Shown: positions 28,336 through 40,928 of the stretch, piece by piece
How the letters are laid out: each line of letters opens with the position of its first letter
Numbering within the stretch: the first letter of the stretch is position 1
DNA from: Saccostrea cucullata
Lineage: Eukaryota
NCBI RefSeq assembly: GCF_032062105.1
Contig: NW_026918429.1
Span: 372,001 to 436,000 of the forward strand
Reading direction: 5' to 3'
Length of the DNA: 64,000 nt
The notes under the pieces: generated by a model
What the model was told of the DNA's origin: nothing
Seen by the model: the letters and a program-made list of their open reading frames with translations, nothing else
Databases searched by the model: none
Program-made: the position numbers and the translations under genes

Positions 28336-31300
28336 TTATCCAAAAGCCGGGTTCATCTTCTTTATCTTAATAGATTTTATAGAGGATCTTTTTGCAATCG
28401 GAACGTTAATTATACCTCCAATGTGAATTCCAGCCGTTTTGGTCAAATAAGGAAAGTTATTTTCAGTGTAGTTTTTGGTTTGAATGTCTGGTATTTGATA
28501 AGTAGGGTTGTGTACAACCTTCTTACGTTGTCGGACGGGCACGTAAATGATCCCCCCGATTGATATGCCATTTGTCCAGCCCACTGGGTATTCCACTTCT
28601 ATGGGCGAGGTCTGGTTTTTATCCTCTTTATTTTTACGCTGTATTTCGCTTTCGCCAAGAAATTGGACAGGTTCATTATTGTTTTTGTTCGGTATGTAAA
28701 TAACACCTCCAATAGTGATTCCTCTTGTGGTGCCATAAGGTGTTTTTACCGATATGACATCTGCATCAGCGAAATTTGTCTTGTCATATATGTTTTCAAA
28801 TTCACGATTCTTTTCTTGAAAAGTCTTTTTTCTTTTGTGCACTGGAACATATATGATGCCCCCAATAGTTATTCCTTTTGTCCATGAGGAATTGCCTTCA
28901 ACAACATTTTCATAATCAGTTTTGCCATTTTGTTCATTTGTGTATTCGCGGGAAGGTACATAAATGACCCCACCTAGGGATATTCCCGACGTCCAGTCGC
29001 CGTTTTTATCGAGTTCAGAGTTCGTATGATTTCGTTTTGGTATATAAATAACGCCACCAATTGAAATCCCATACGTATTTTCGTCCTCACCAGGAGTGTT
29101 CGGGTTATTTTTCGGGATCCGAACACGCTGTACAGGAATGTATATCACACCACCTATAGATATGCCGGTGTAGTTTGCCTGCTTCTTTACGGGATCCGCC
29201 ACAGTTCTGTTAGAACATCGGAGTCTGTGACACTCAGCCTAGCGGGATAGAGAAAAAAAAACAAAAAATTAAATTAATGATCACAAATACAAAATTTAAA
29301 ATACAAATTACAGCTTATGCTTCAGAATAAAGGAACTACCGCCTCCTTTTCGAAAAAGTACTTCGTAAAAAATACATTCATTTACCTTTCCATAAAGGTT
29401 GAAGCAAGAACAAACACTTCCGCACTCATCCAACTGATAGGATTCACCGAGTGGAATAAATAAATTTCCTACTCTACAGCCCTGGGTACACTGACAGTTA
29501 GTTCCAGTCACAGCCGTGGGACACAACCATGTATTATTTTTGGTACATTCCTGACCAATTTTACAATATCTGCAAAACATAGATAAACATTTAAAAATGT
29601 GAAAAAGGAATGCAATATAGCATAAATTATAGAAATCTTCTATGAATTTATTCTGAAAAATTAAAATATTTACGTTTCTTGGCAGACTTTCAGCCCCTCT
29701 GTTGTAGTTGAGGAAGGAGTTGATGTAGTGACTACTACTGGAGTTGTTGTTTTATCTTCTCTCAATGTTGTCTGCTCAGGTTGTGTCGTTGTGGTTGCTG
29801 CCTGTTCGGTAGAAGTTGTTGTCGAAGTATACACCGGCTCTGTTGTCTGGGTTGGTGGTTCGAGTGTTGTCGTCTGCTTTGTGCTTCTGAAATCCATCAT
29901 TTCTGTGGTAGGTTTGTTACTAGATAAAAATCCCGAAGATACCAATATTGGAGTCGTTTGTGTCGTTGATAGTGTTGGGGTCGTTGTTCTTATAGTTGAT
30001 GGTGATGTGGTACTTTCCAGGACTATATCAGTTGTTTGGTGTGTTGTCATATTCATAAATTCATCATAATATATGTATGTGTTATTTTCAGTTTCGTTGA
30101 AAAACCAGTCATAAGGAACTGTATCATAGTCGTACACCGGTGTCTCTGTGTCTGAATAGTAATCATGTGAAGTTATCGGTATTTGTGTTGTTTCAGTTAT
30201 ATTTGGTATTGCTGTTGTTGTTGTCGTTAGAGGCTGTGTAGTTGATGAAGCCATAACAATCTCAGCAAGTTCCGGTGTAACATTTGTTTTTGTATTTGGT
30301 TTCAGGCTCGTTAGGATTCGTGTTGTTGTTGGTAATTCAGTAGTCGTTGTTGCAATTGTTGTTTCTTTCATCGTTGTGGGCCAGATGGTTGTAGGTTCAC
30401 CTGTTTTTGACGTACTGCTTACTTGTATTGTTGTTGTTTCTTTATCTGGAGTCGAATAATCAATCGCAACGTCGGATCTTGACGATATAATCTGTTTATT
30501 TGTCATAAAATCCAAAATTATTTCCTCGTTTACCTGGTCGTCAACCACAGGTGCAGGTATTGTTGTCGTTAATGTTGCCACACCTGGCGTATCTTTAAAT
30601 AAGTTAGTTGTTGATTGAGGCACATTAGCGGTCGTCTTAACAGTTAACATTTCCGTACCCGTAGTTGTTGTTTTTGTAACTGGCGTTGTCGCTTCTATTG
30701 ATGTCTTTGGCGCTGATGTTGTAGTCGTTGGATTATCAAAAATTAAGTACGGAAATGAGATGTTTATTTCCTGAGGTTTATATTTAAAGAATGCTGATTT
30801 ATTCTTCTGTTCTTTTTCTATTTTTTGATCTACCATATCTATATTATTCTGACCGTCACCAGTTGTTCTATTCACAATTATTGCAGGCTCTGTTGAAAGA
30901 ATACTGCTAGTTGTTGTCGATGTTATCTCTAATTTTCTTGTTGGTGTCTTTGTTGTGATATCTGAAGCAGACGTTGGTTGTTCGAACCTTCTTACCTCAA
31001 TAAATGATAGAGGTGGTAGGGTCATTGTTGTTGTAGGATAAGTTGCTGATGGCTGCTGTGTTGTGAAGACGGCTGTTGCACTGGGGACACCTTTAATTCT
31101 ATGTAAAAGGATCGACGGCATTGTCGTTTTTGTTGTTTCTGTTGAAGATTCCATTGGACCCTCGGTAACTATGCTGTATGGCGATTCATTTACATGTGCT
31201 GTTTCGTTATATTTTGGATCAGATATTGGCTCAGGTACAAATATAGTGTCGTTTTTACGTTTTACACTGTCCCGGCCAATTATTTTAACAATAGGTTCCA

Positions 31301-32780
31301 ATGGCCGCATAACATATGGTTCCTTTTCCTTGTTTGATATACGAGGAATTATTTCCGGTGGGAAGGGTTTTTGAGAGAGGTCCCACGGAAACGGTTGTAT
31401 GTCCAGCGGCAGGGGAGACTGGCTATCCGGTGGTACTACACCAAAAGGCTCAATTATTAATGGCTCATTGCTCAGGTCTAAATTTGGAAATTCAGACAAA
31501 TCAGCTACATCCGTCAACATTTCGTTAAGGTTCCCGGGAAGTGGAACAATGCTATTTACATTCTGTTCAGTTGGTAGTCCATCCACTATAATACTGGGTG
31601 GAGTGACAGAATCTGTAGGAAGCCCCACATCGAGTTTATTGACACCTCCAGTACTACTAGGGATTGGTTCATGAACAATTTCAATAGGTGGAGGTAGACC
31701 ACCCGTAGGAAGATCATTGACTTCCGTAATATCGAATGGCGGGCCTATATTATCCAGGTTAATAGGAATACCCATAACTGGTGCTTTAGGACGCGGCTTA
31801 TCTATTTTTGGCGTTGGATTGTTCCTGATCTCGTTAGTATTTGAAGGCTTGGGTTTTTCAGAAACGGGGATCCCAGGCCCTGCTGGATCCTCACTCTTAC
31901 TGATAAAAGGTGGCTTTACAACCACAAAATTGGCAATGATACCGCCATCTTTTTTAGGTGGCCGAGGTTTGGGAATGTTTAGCCGTTTTGGAGGATAAGG
32001 AATATTCGTATATATTTCATTGAAAATCCGTTTTCGTTTTGTTTTTACAGGAATTCCCTTACCGGTATTCTGTTTCCTTATCATCCAGTCATTAATCTTC
32101 CTCAGCCATAGTTCATATTTGCTAGTCTGTGGCTTCTTTGAGAGCCTGTTAGTTGGTGGATGTAGAATTCCTGTAGGAAGAAACATATTGGTTTGTATCT
32201 GCACACCTGGTTGTGGAAATCTTGGAACTTTCCTTCTAGTTCCGTATGTCAAACCATTTTTCACAGGATATTGTCCATATTTACGAGGAAATTTTTTCGG
32301 TTCGAACGTTTTCTTCATTTTTCTTTGGTACGTCGTAAACATTGGCTTTTTGTGATAATGAGTGTGTGGTTTAAAAGGTCCATGAGAGTGTCCGTATATT
32401 TTCTTGTTCAACGGAATATGCACATGAAAATCAGGTGGCAAACTGTACTTCCGAATGAGGAAAGTCTTATACATCACTGGCTTTGGAAGTGGACGAATTT
32501 TGTGATGGATGAACTTTGGCTTGTGAAATTTATGGAAATATCCATGTTCGTCCATCTCGTGGGGGTGAGGATGATGATGGTGAGGATGAGGGAGGTGGGG
32601 GTGAGGGGGATGCTTCGGGGGGTGGGGATGAGGAGCGTGGGGGTGAGGATGGATATGATGGTGGTGGTGATGATGATGATGAATCGGAGGCAGCAATATT
32701 TTCTTGGGTTTGAAGAAATAAGTTCCGTCACAAACACAAGAGAACAATACAGTCACAAAAAGAATCTTTAAGATATCCAT
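28336..32780 (-). CDS. Paralog D: large secreted block-type protein (poly-His/HP, Lys/Pro, acidic Pro, Thr-rich mucin-like, 12-Cys module, 7x GI(S/T)IGG(V/I)IY(I/V)P tail; 1397 aa). Exons: 32780-29674, 29569-29386, 29238-28336
   Basis: The track start at 32840 is a GTG; the ATG at 32780 gives signal peptide MDILKILFVTVLFSCVCDG. The module CQETYCKIGQECTKNNTWLCPTAVTGTNCQCTQGCRVGNLFIPLGESYQLDECGSVCSCFNLYGKAECHRLRC runs in frame into ORF 28336-29202. Confidence 0.9.
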
Positions 32781-32966
32781 TGTTTTTTTTGCACAGTCAG
32801 AAACTTTTTGATGAGAATCAAAACTATCTGTGTATTTCACGTGCGCATTCTAAACATCCCATTGTTTTAATACACCGAGGGAACAAATGGCAATATACTA
32901 ATAGTAGATACGAATGTGTCATCGCTTTTTCAAATCTGATTGGTCAGCTTGTGGACATCTTTATGC

Positions 32967-32973
32967 TTTTATA
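32967..32973 (-). promoter_or_regulatory. Candidate TATA box of paralog D
   Basis: GTATAAAAG about 190 bp upstream of the ATG at 32780. Confidence 0.4.
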
Positions 32974-33537
32974 CCGATGGCCATGGTAGTTGTAATGTCT
33001 CTATGCCATACACACAACATTTGATGGCCAAGCGTGTTCTGTTGATGGCCAGAAATCCAACCGTCAAATGTGTCACCTTACCAAGTGAGGAAACGAGCCA
33101 TAGAACAAAGAAAATTCGGCTGTATAATTTATTTTGTGTGAGCCGATCTTGATATGAAGATATGAAATCCCCATAAAGCATATCCCAACGTGATCCCGGT
33201 AAATACCGGTAGAACATATTTGGTAAAATTAGAAAATGGTGTCTGTACCTGTCCAAAATATCACAGTGTCAGGAAATGTGTTAATGTTCACAGTCATGGA
33301 CACGGCAAAATTCAACGCTTATGCAATTGATGCATGGAAAACTAGGGGAAATGAAATATTCTTATTAAATACAAATTTTTTAAATATAAAAAAAGAAAAA
33401 ACAAAATAATACGATCTCGAAAAAATGATTTGAAAACTATTATAAATCAATCAATTCTAAGAAAATGCTTTCTGTCTGTTGCTTAAAGAATATTTTTAAA
33501 GGAACAAAAGTCGTTATGTTTCAAAATAGGCCCTGTA

Positions 33538-33660
33538 AAAGTATTGTCTTCCCACAATTGTTTTTACTAAAATAGAAAATTTGGGTAAAATATGACTATG
33601 TAACTAGTCAAAACACCAAATTTCTATTCCAGTAAAAAAATTGTGTGAAGACCGTATGAA
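33538..33660. repeat. Small hairpin/MITE; a related copy lies at about 46363-46456 in an intron of paralog F
   Basis: The inverted ends 'tgtcttcccaca...ttgtgtgaagac' and 'ctgtcttcccaca...tttgggaagacag' are shared by both loci. Confidence 0.5.
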
Positions 33661-33734
33661 AATATCTTAGCATTTTGTAAGTAGTGACGTTGAATGCAAG
33701 ATTTTTAATAATGATATATTTATATATATTTTGT

Positions 33735-33900
33735 ACGTCCGTCCGTCTGTCCGTCCGTCCGTCCGTCCGTCCGTCCGTCTGTTACGCTTTGGGGTACCCA
33801 TCTCTTATCCGCAACTCCTCTCATACCACTGCATGAAATTTGATGAAAAATCTTTATTACATATTGCCATTGTGCACCTTCTATTTTAAGACACATATTT
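33735..33900. repeat. (CCGT)n microsatellite at the end of a CvA/Helentron-like fragment
   Basis: About 11 CCGT/CTGT units followed by 'gttacgctttggggtac', also seen at 50165-50200. Confidence 0.7.
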
Positions 33901-36900
33901 TGGGTTTCCCGGCCACAGGAAAACATACTTTTTCACCAGTTATAACCTATAGCTCATGATAGTTTTATTGGCATTCAAAATCCGTCCATATTCAAGCAAA
34001 GATATTTTATCCTATATCATGATATTACTTTCATACTTTATGTCTGCAACATTTGAATCATTTCATCTGCACTTTTCTCTCTTTACTACAGCCATATATC
34101 TTACTATTGCCACCATATATTCCATAAAAATAGTTATGGTTGAATTAATAATTGTGGGCTTAGCCATTATTACATCTTTATGGGTAACACGCGAACTAAA
34201 GAATAAAAACTGAGTTCTGCATGTCACCCCCGCAATGTACCGAGCAATAAATGATAATCCAATTCTTACAGTGGTGACCACAGATTGGCCCCATGCATGG
34301 TTTACAAGAAACTCTTCCATGAAAGAACAGTACATATATCTTTAACCTAGTTCTGGGGAGATTTCAGCACTGGGACATCTACAAGTATATAACATAATTT
34401 GAAGTAAAAAACTGAAGTGCGGTAGATGATCCGCGTTAATGTTGAAGAAAAGGTGACCTGGGTTCTTTTTAATTTCAGAATACATTTATGAAATTCTGAT
34501 TTTTGATGTTCTACCTAGCTCGTTAGTCATAATGAAAGTTAGGTTCTATGGTCCCAAATAGCTCTGTCCATACATCAAGATGACATTAAACTAGCAAGAA
34601 CATTACGTCATTTTCAACAGAAATCCAGTCATTAGGGTTCAAAATGTAAATGAGCATTTTTACACTTGTTTCCGTAGAAGTTGACAAGGCCAAAACGATC
34701 CCTATGAGAAATTTCTACATTTTTATCTACTTGTTTATCAATTTGTATATCTTTTACCTGCATTCCACACGTCATAATTACTAATTAATATACGATGATT
34801 ATCAAAATAATATTCTAATTACTAACAATATTTGTAGAAGTAATGTGTGCATATGAGAAAAGGAGACAGAAAGAACACTTTTCTTCTAAAAATAAGTCTA
34901 AGTATAATCACCTGGAAAAAAGATAAAACCCTTTCATAAAGTTCTGTTGCGAAATCTATATTCCGTGCAATAACTGTATAAATATTTCCTATATAAGGAA
35001 GCAAATATATGGTGAAAGATATGTTATTGTGCATATATCGATATATATGTATTTTTTAAAAACAATTGTTTATCTATCTGTATGACCCTATTTGTTTTTA
35101 TAGATATACAATAAGTCTAGAGGCAGTTCGGCCTGAGGGTGTGTTCAGGTGAGAAATCGTGTAACGTTACGGTCAACAGATTAATCATTATGATGACTTT
35201 ACAGTGAAGAAGGCTAGCAGATCAGAAAAAAATATGTGCATTAAAATGTGTCCCGTAACTGTCATTTTGAGAACTTACGGAAGTACATGTATCCCAGTTA
35301 TATATTCAATTTAAAATATCGAAATAACATTATTTATCTTTAAAAATATTCCTAGAATTACATGTAAACTGTAAATCAAATTCATTATCAAGTTCATTCA
35401 TAATCTGCGAAATTCGTTCTTTTTTACTCAAGCCCTAGAAGGGCTTGAGTTATCTAAAACGATGCTAGGTCATCGATTTACTTAGTTTAAAAACACAAAA
35501 ATATATTATTTTAATAGACAAAAATATTTCTAGAGACAAAAATGAAGCTCATCTTGAAAACGTTTGTATATTCAAACATATTAAGTGTTAAATGTCGGAT
35601 TCTATTCTATGGCGAATGAACAATGAGTGAAGCTCCACAGCCGCAACAGTTTCTATACAGAAATTTCGCGCTTTCCTTCGCGTAGGAATCTCAGGTAACT
35701 TAGACAGTCGCCGACAAAGCATCCTTGGACGAGTCCACTGCAGACTCTGAAAGATGACGCAGGTTACCCCATCGTTAACAATTCTACAACGCATGGTCAG
35801 AAAATTTATGGCTGTACCCCCCAACTAAATTTGCTTTTCACAGGCCTGCAAATGATGTGTACTTTGAGTTACAGCAAAATATAATAGCACAAAATAAATG
35901 TTAAATTCTAGTATTATTTGAAGCTTTGGTAACGGAACCTATTTTATAATAACTTCTTTTGGATTCTTATGGAATATGTATTCGATATGCCGCTCAGCTA
36001 GATGAACCTCATCGTCTCAAGCCACGGTTTTACATTTTGGCCGTGGTTTTGGAACCTTAATAGGTTTTTTGGAGCCCGGAGCCCCCCCCCCCCCTTCCAC
36101 TTTGAAAAACTTTTCTACAGGCTTGTAGCAAGCTATTTAGAATGATATATATTGAATGTGATGTACATCATTATGAAAAAAAAAAATACAAAAAACGTAT
36201 ACTAAATGTCCACATAAAAAAATATTTCATTAAATTAAGAAACGGCAACCTATAAAATATTCCTGAAATTGTATCACGTAAATTCTTCTTAAAAAATAGT
36301 AAGATTAATTATATTTCTTCTAATTAAAATCAATATATGAATTTTGTTTCATGTACATGTAGTTTATTCAACAGAAGATTGAACTCAATAGTCCTCATCT
36401 TATAAAATTTAGGGATATTAATGACACTTCCGAATTGACTTTCTACAGCTTGAGTATTTCTGACGTTTTGTCAGTATATACTTGTTTTTTTTACTAGATG
36501 ATGGAAAATATAAAATGCAATTTTGATTTGAACAATATTTTTAAAAAAGCGTTTTGTAAAGAGAACCATTTAAGTACACTTTTTATTTGATTAAAATCAG
36601 TGCACAGTAAGATGGCTAATTTATGATTATCAAAATATAGTAAATGTCGGTAAATCTTTTACAATTAAGTAATTGAAAATTTAGTATTAAAGAATGAAAT
36701 TCCATTTCAAATTGAATAACAGGAGTGCTACCCATTTCGTTTTGAATTTTTCTCAAAATGAAATGAACAATTTAAAAAAAAAAACAACAAGAATACGTTT
36801 TTTCAAATATAACACTCCTTTTATATTTTTTGAACATATTCAGTTAACGCGTAATATTGTACAACAGTTTGTAAATGTGGCATGGACTTCCTTGCCATTT

Positions 36901-37033
36901 ATGTTAATGTTTGGTAGATTATGGAACTTCAGTACGGTCCTTGGTGTAACTCGGACATAATGATGTCGTCAGTCGATTGATCACCCTGTAGATTAAATAA
37001 CCCTCTGACGACTCACTAAGATATTGCTATTTG

Positions 37034-37068
37034 ATTGGTTGCCAATATTTTCTCTCGCACGTATAAAT
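37034..37068 (+). promoter_or_regulatory. CCAAT boxes and TATA box of paralog E
   Basis: ATTGG at 37034, CCAAT at 37042 and TATAAAT at 37062-37068, 34 bp upstream of the ATG at 37102. Confidence 0.5.
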
Positions 37069-37101
37069 TCAATTTAATAAATTAGAGGTTTATTTGATAA
37101 A

Positions 37102-38925
37102 ATGATGAAGTTACGAATTGGGTGGATTTTGATGTGTTTTGTTGGTGCAGTGTTCAGTCAAGGGAACACGCTTAACCTTACCCCGAACACAGGCAGTGGT
37201 TTGGACGTTTTTTCGTTTCCTACACAGAATTTGGGAAACAGTCAAACTCCAGGTACTGATTCAAATCTGAATTCTGGATTACAACCTGTGAACACAGGAT
37301 TAAGCGCCTCTACAACAAATACAGTGGGAACCCAGACCGGAACTCTCGGAACAAATCCAGCTGCTGGAACCGGAACTGGAACGATTCAAGGAGGTTTTCC
37401 TACAATTGGTGGCGCAACTTCTTTACAAAACACTGGTCTCCCATCCCAAACTACCGGTTTAACTCAAGGTCAACCAGGGTTTCCCAATGGAGTGCAACTT
37501 GGAGTTAATGGGTTTCCACCTACTCAGGGTATCCCTGGTCCCATGAATCAGGGATTCCCGCCTCAGTTTGGACCACAAGGACGTGTTCCTGGACAAGGGG
37601 GTTTTATGGGACAGGCCGGTTTTAATGGACAGCCAGGACCTAATGGACAACCAGGAATGGGATTTAATGGACAAGCTGGCTTTAACAATCTCCCAGGATT
37701 CAATGGACAGCCTGGGTTCAACGGACAACCTGGGTTCAATGTGCCTCCAAATTTTAACGGTCAACCTAATATGCCAGGAGGATTCAACGGACAACAAGGA
37801 TTTCCACGACCAGGATTCAATGGTGCACAGGGCGGATTCAATGGTGGTCCACCAGGTTTCGGACAACCGGGTTTCAATGCTGGACAACAGGGATTTAATG
37901 GCGGACAACCACCACTAAACGGATTTCCAGGAGGACAGCCAGGATTACCCAATCAACAAGGATTTCCGGGACAACCCGGGGCATTTCCTGGACAATTGCA
38001 ACCCTCTCTAGTTCCCGGGGGTCAAGGAAGCCAGACACAATGTCACCAGACGTAAGTTAATTTTACATTTTAAGCCATACATAGCCAGATATTTTCAGTT
38101 GATACATTTACGATGGTCATATTTCATATATTAATCATACCAGATTTTATTTCAGGGATTGTCCAACTGGTCAACAATGCGCCTTTACCCCAACTGTTGC
38201 TGCACAAGCTCAATATATGTGTCCGAAATGGATTCCTATGTTAAGATGCCAGTGTGTTGCGGGTAAGATTACAACATGTATACGTTTTTTAAATGTAATA
38301 ATTACATGTATATATGCTTAATATATATCTTTTACAAAATGCTTCATTATATTATGTTCAGTGTAAAAAAAAATTGATGTAAAATTTCTTTCAATCAGGT
38401 TGCCGGGCACAGAACACATTTATTCCTTTCGGACAGTCTCGACAGATTGACCAATGTGGAAACGTGTGTACCTGTAATAACAGTCAATCTGGAGAGGTAA
38501 GGATGCTTCAATAATGTATTTAATTTCTCTTACAAATTCCTCCTAAGATGGGCAGTATAGGTTACACAGTATATGTGAGTCATCGTTAAAGATAAACCTT
38601 TGGATGGTCTCACACACATGCTTTAATTGTTGCACAAAGAGATACCGAATCTAGGAAATGGTGCCGATACAAATTTGGTTCCTGGTTTATATTTATTGTT
38701 ACCAGGCACAAACTAGGCACGAGATCTAGATTTTTAGCTATAACTTAACAATTAAGTCATAAAGGAATTACAGTTTAGTGCCCTGGACCTGGGAACTGTA
38801 AGATTATGCCTGGTAGTATCTCACGGCCCCGACAAACAGAGATTTATGTCCATGGTCTGTACGTGCTTTTTCTTCTGTTTCAGGCTGCCTGCACGATGCG
38901 AGCTTGTCCGGATCTTTCTGGATAG
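37102..38925 (+). CDS. Paralog E: secreted Gly/Gln/Pro/Phe/Asn-rich (GFNGQP repeat) protein with the 12-Cys module (398 aa). Exons: 37102-38051, 38156-38262, 38399-38496, 38884-38925
   Basis: Signal peptide MMKLRIGWILMCFVGAVFS. The module is CHQTDCPTGQQCAFTPTVAAQAQYMCPKWIPMLRCQCVAGCRAQNTFIPFGQSRQIDQCGNVCTCNNSQSGEAACTMRACPDLSG*. AATAAA at 39045-39050. Confidence 0.92.
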
Positions 38926-40928
38926 AAATAAAGAAAATCTGTCATCATACATGATGTCCTTTACTAAATTATTACAACGTTACAAGGGCTATTCCTGCGT
39001 CGCCCTATTTTGTTTCTGTGATTTTTTGTACTTATGTTTTTTATAATAAATATACAATTTTTTGTATGTCTGTGTCTTTTTGTTCCCTTTTTTTCTCTCG
39101 AAAATGAGTATGTCCAGTACCTGGCCATAAGTGAGTCATAGTTTTATATTTCTTTTATTGAAAAATAAATTTTCTTAATACTATTATATAATGCAATTTT
39201 ATTTATAGCTAATTTTTAAATGTCCAAAAATGGTATAGTTAAATGAAAATGTATATATATTATTAAATTGAAAAAAGTATAGATAAATTGTGGTGGTTTC
39301 CTGAAAATTTAGTCGTAGGAATTGCAGTAATATTGCATGTCAATTTTACGGCTGTATATGTATTTTGTTAAGAAGTCATAGTAATTTGAAGTAAAAAGTA
39401 TTTTTTGTCGAATTTGTAAATCATTCTTAAAGGTTAATGTTTAACTTTGCTAAGCATTTCAATTCTGTTAAGATAGAATTTCGATTTTGCAGGATTCTGT
39501 GAAAATATGGACATTGCTACAATTATGACTCATTTTGGACATATTGTGTATATTTTTATTTTGTAAATAACTTTAAATATCCCCCCCCAAAAAAAATATA
39601 AAACGAAGAAACATATCAAAACGTATAGAAAACCGTATACCGGTACTGAATTTGGGTTAAGAATTTGATTTAAAGTAGAATAGGAAATATTTAAAGATTT
39701 TTAACTTTAAAACATCAAGATCCGACACAATGCTCCACAAAGCACCAAATTCAAAATAGCATTTTTAACAATGCAATTGAAGATAATAGATAAAATAAAA
39801 GAATCTGAATTTCTTTAAAAAAAAGTACTTTTTCCTTTAAATATGAAAATTTTGATACTCTGACTTTCTATTATAAAATCGTTTTGAATTTTTAATGTTA
39901 CTTTAATGAACGTAGTCTATATCTTATTATACTTAACTGTAAAGTTATTTTGGGGGTGTCAAGATTTACACTTTTAATGCCATAAGAAGAAAATTGTACA
40001 TTTATACAATATTAAATTATTAAATCAATATATAAGATTTTTATTTCAAAATTAGCAAATTGTTCCAACCAGCAAAATTGAGGAACATCTTAACCTATAT
40101 AAAGTATTAATGTTAGATCATACGCTGTAGAGTGCACATTGTATAAACTACGTTATATAAAATGATATTTTGTGACAACGATGGTCATATTAATGGTAAT
40201 GTAATATATATAATGGGACTGGGCTGTCCATCAAAAACGAAAAACACTGACTTCTCCTTGACCCAGCCGTCAGTACAGACGACCATTTTGTTAGATCCGA
40301 TTTATCTGTCTATATATTTTTTTAACATCGTTATTAAAAAAAACCTAGATCCAGACATATTTGTACCTGAAAGGTGGAACCTCCCAATAAAAAGTTCCAG
40401 ATTAGATTTTTCCACCCTCCTGTTCTTTACATGTCTATTTTTGTAAAGAATAAACAACAGCATCATTAGATTAAATTTTTGTAAAAAAAAAAAAAAATTG
40501 AAATAAATAAAATAAAACAAAAATAAATGTTATGGTAAAACCGCACTTTGTCCATCAGTGACAATGATAAAGAGTTCATGTGGGGCATATTAAGTATAAG
40601 GAGAAAGGACATATAAAAAATATTTTTTAATACTGCATAATGTGATTGGGAATTGAATGGTCGCTATCACCTGTGCAGATGAAAGAAACAGTATATTATA
40701 CCAATAAGTAATAACACATACATAACATTAAAAACTTCTGTGTTCAATACACGTTTTGCAATAAAACTGTCCATAAAGTCTCATATTGTATCGCCACTGA
40801 CCCTGGCTGTTTAGTAGATCATCATATCCTTTAACACATTCATCGATAAATACAGCGCCATAAAACATCCCGAGGCACCATATCTACACATTCCAGAACT
40901 CTTTCACAATCACTTTGTCCTGGGCACC

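Noticed and set aside
32781-32840. Track start of the 1056-aa ORF
   Set aside because: It is a GTG. The ATG at 32780 directly begins the signal peptide.
29728-37952. Antisense or alternate-frame ORFs over paralogs D and E
   Set aside because: By-products of low-complexity coding sequence.
18893-40865. Posterior-Hox/Cdx-like (C/T)(C/A)ATAAA and AP-1/CRE motifs upstream of the paralogs (e.g. 18893, 18908, 33171, 40771, 40858)
   Set aside because: Short AT-rich motifs expected by chance at this base composition; enrichment cannot be tested here.
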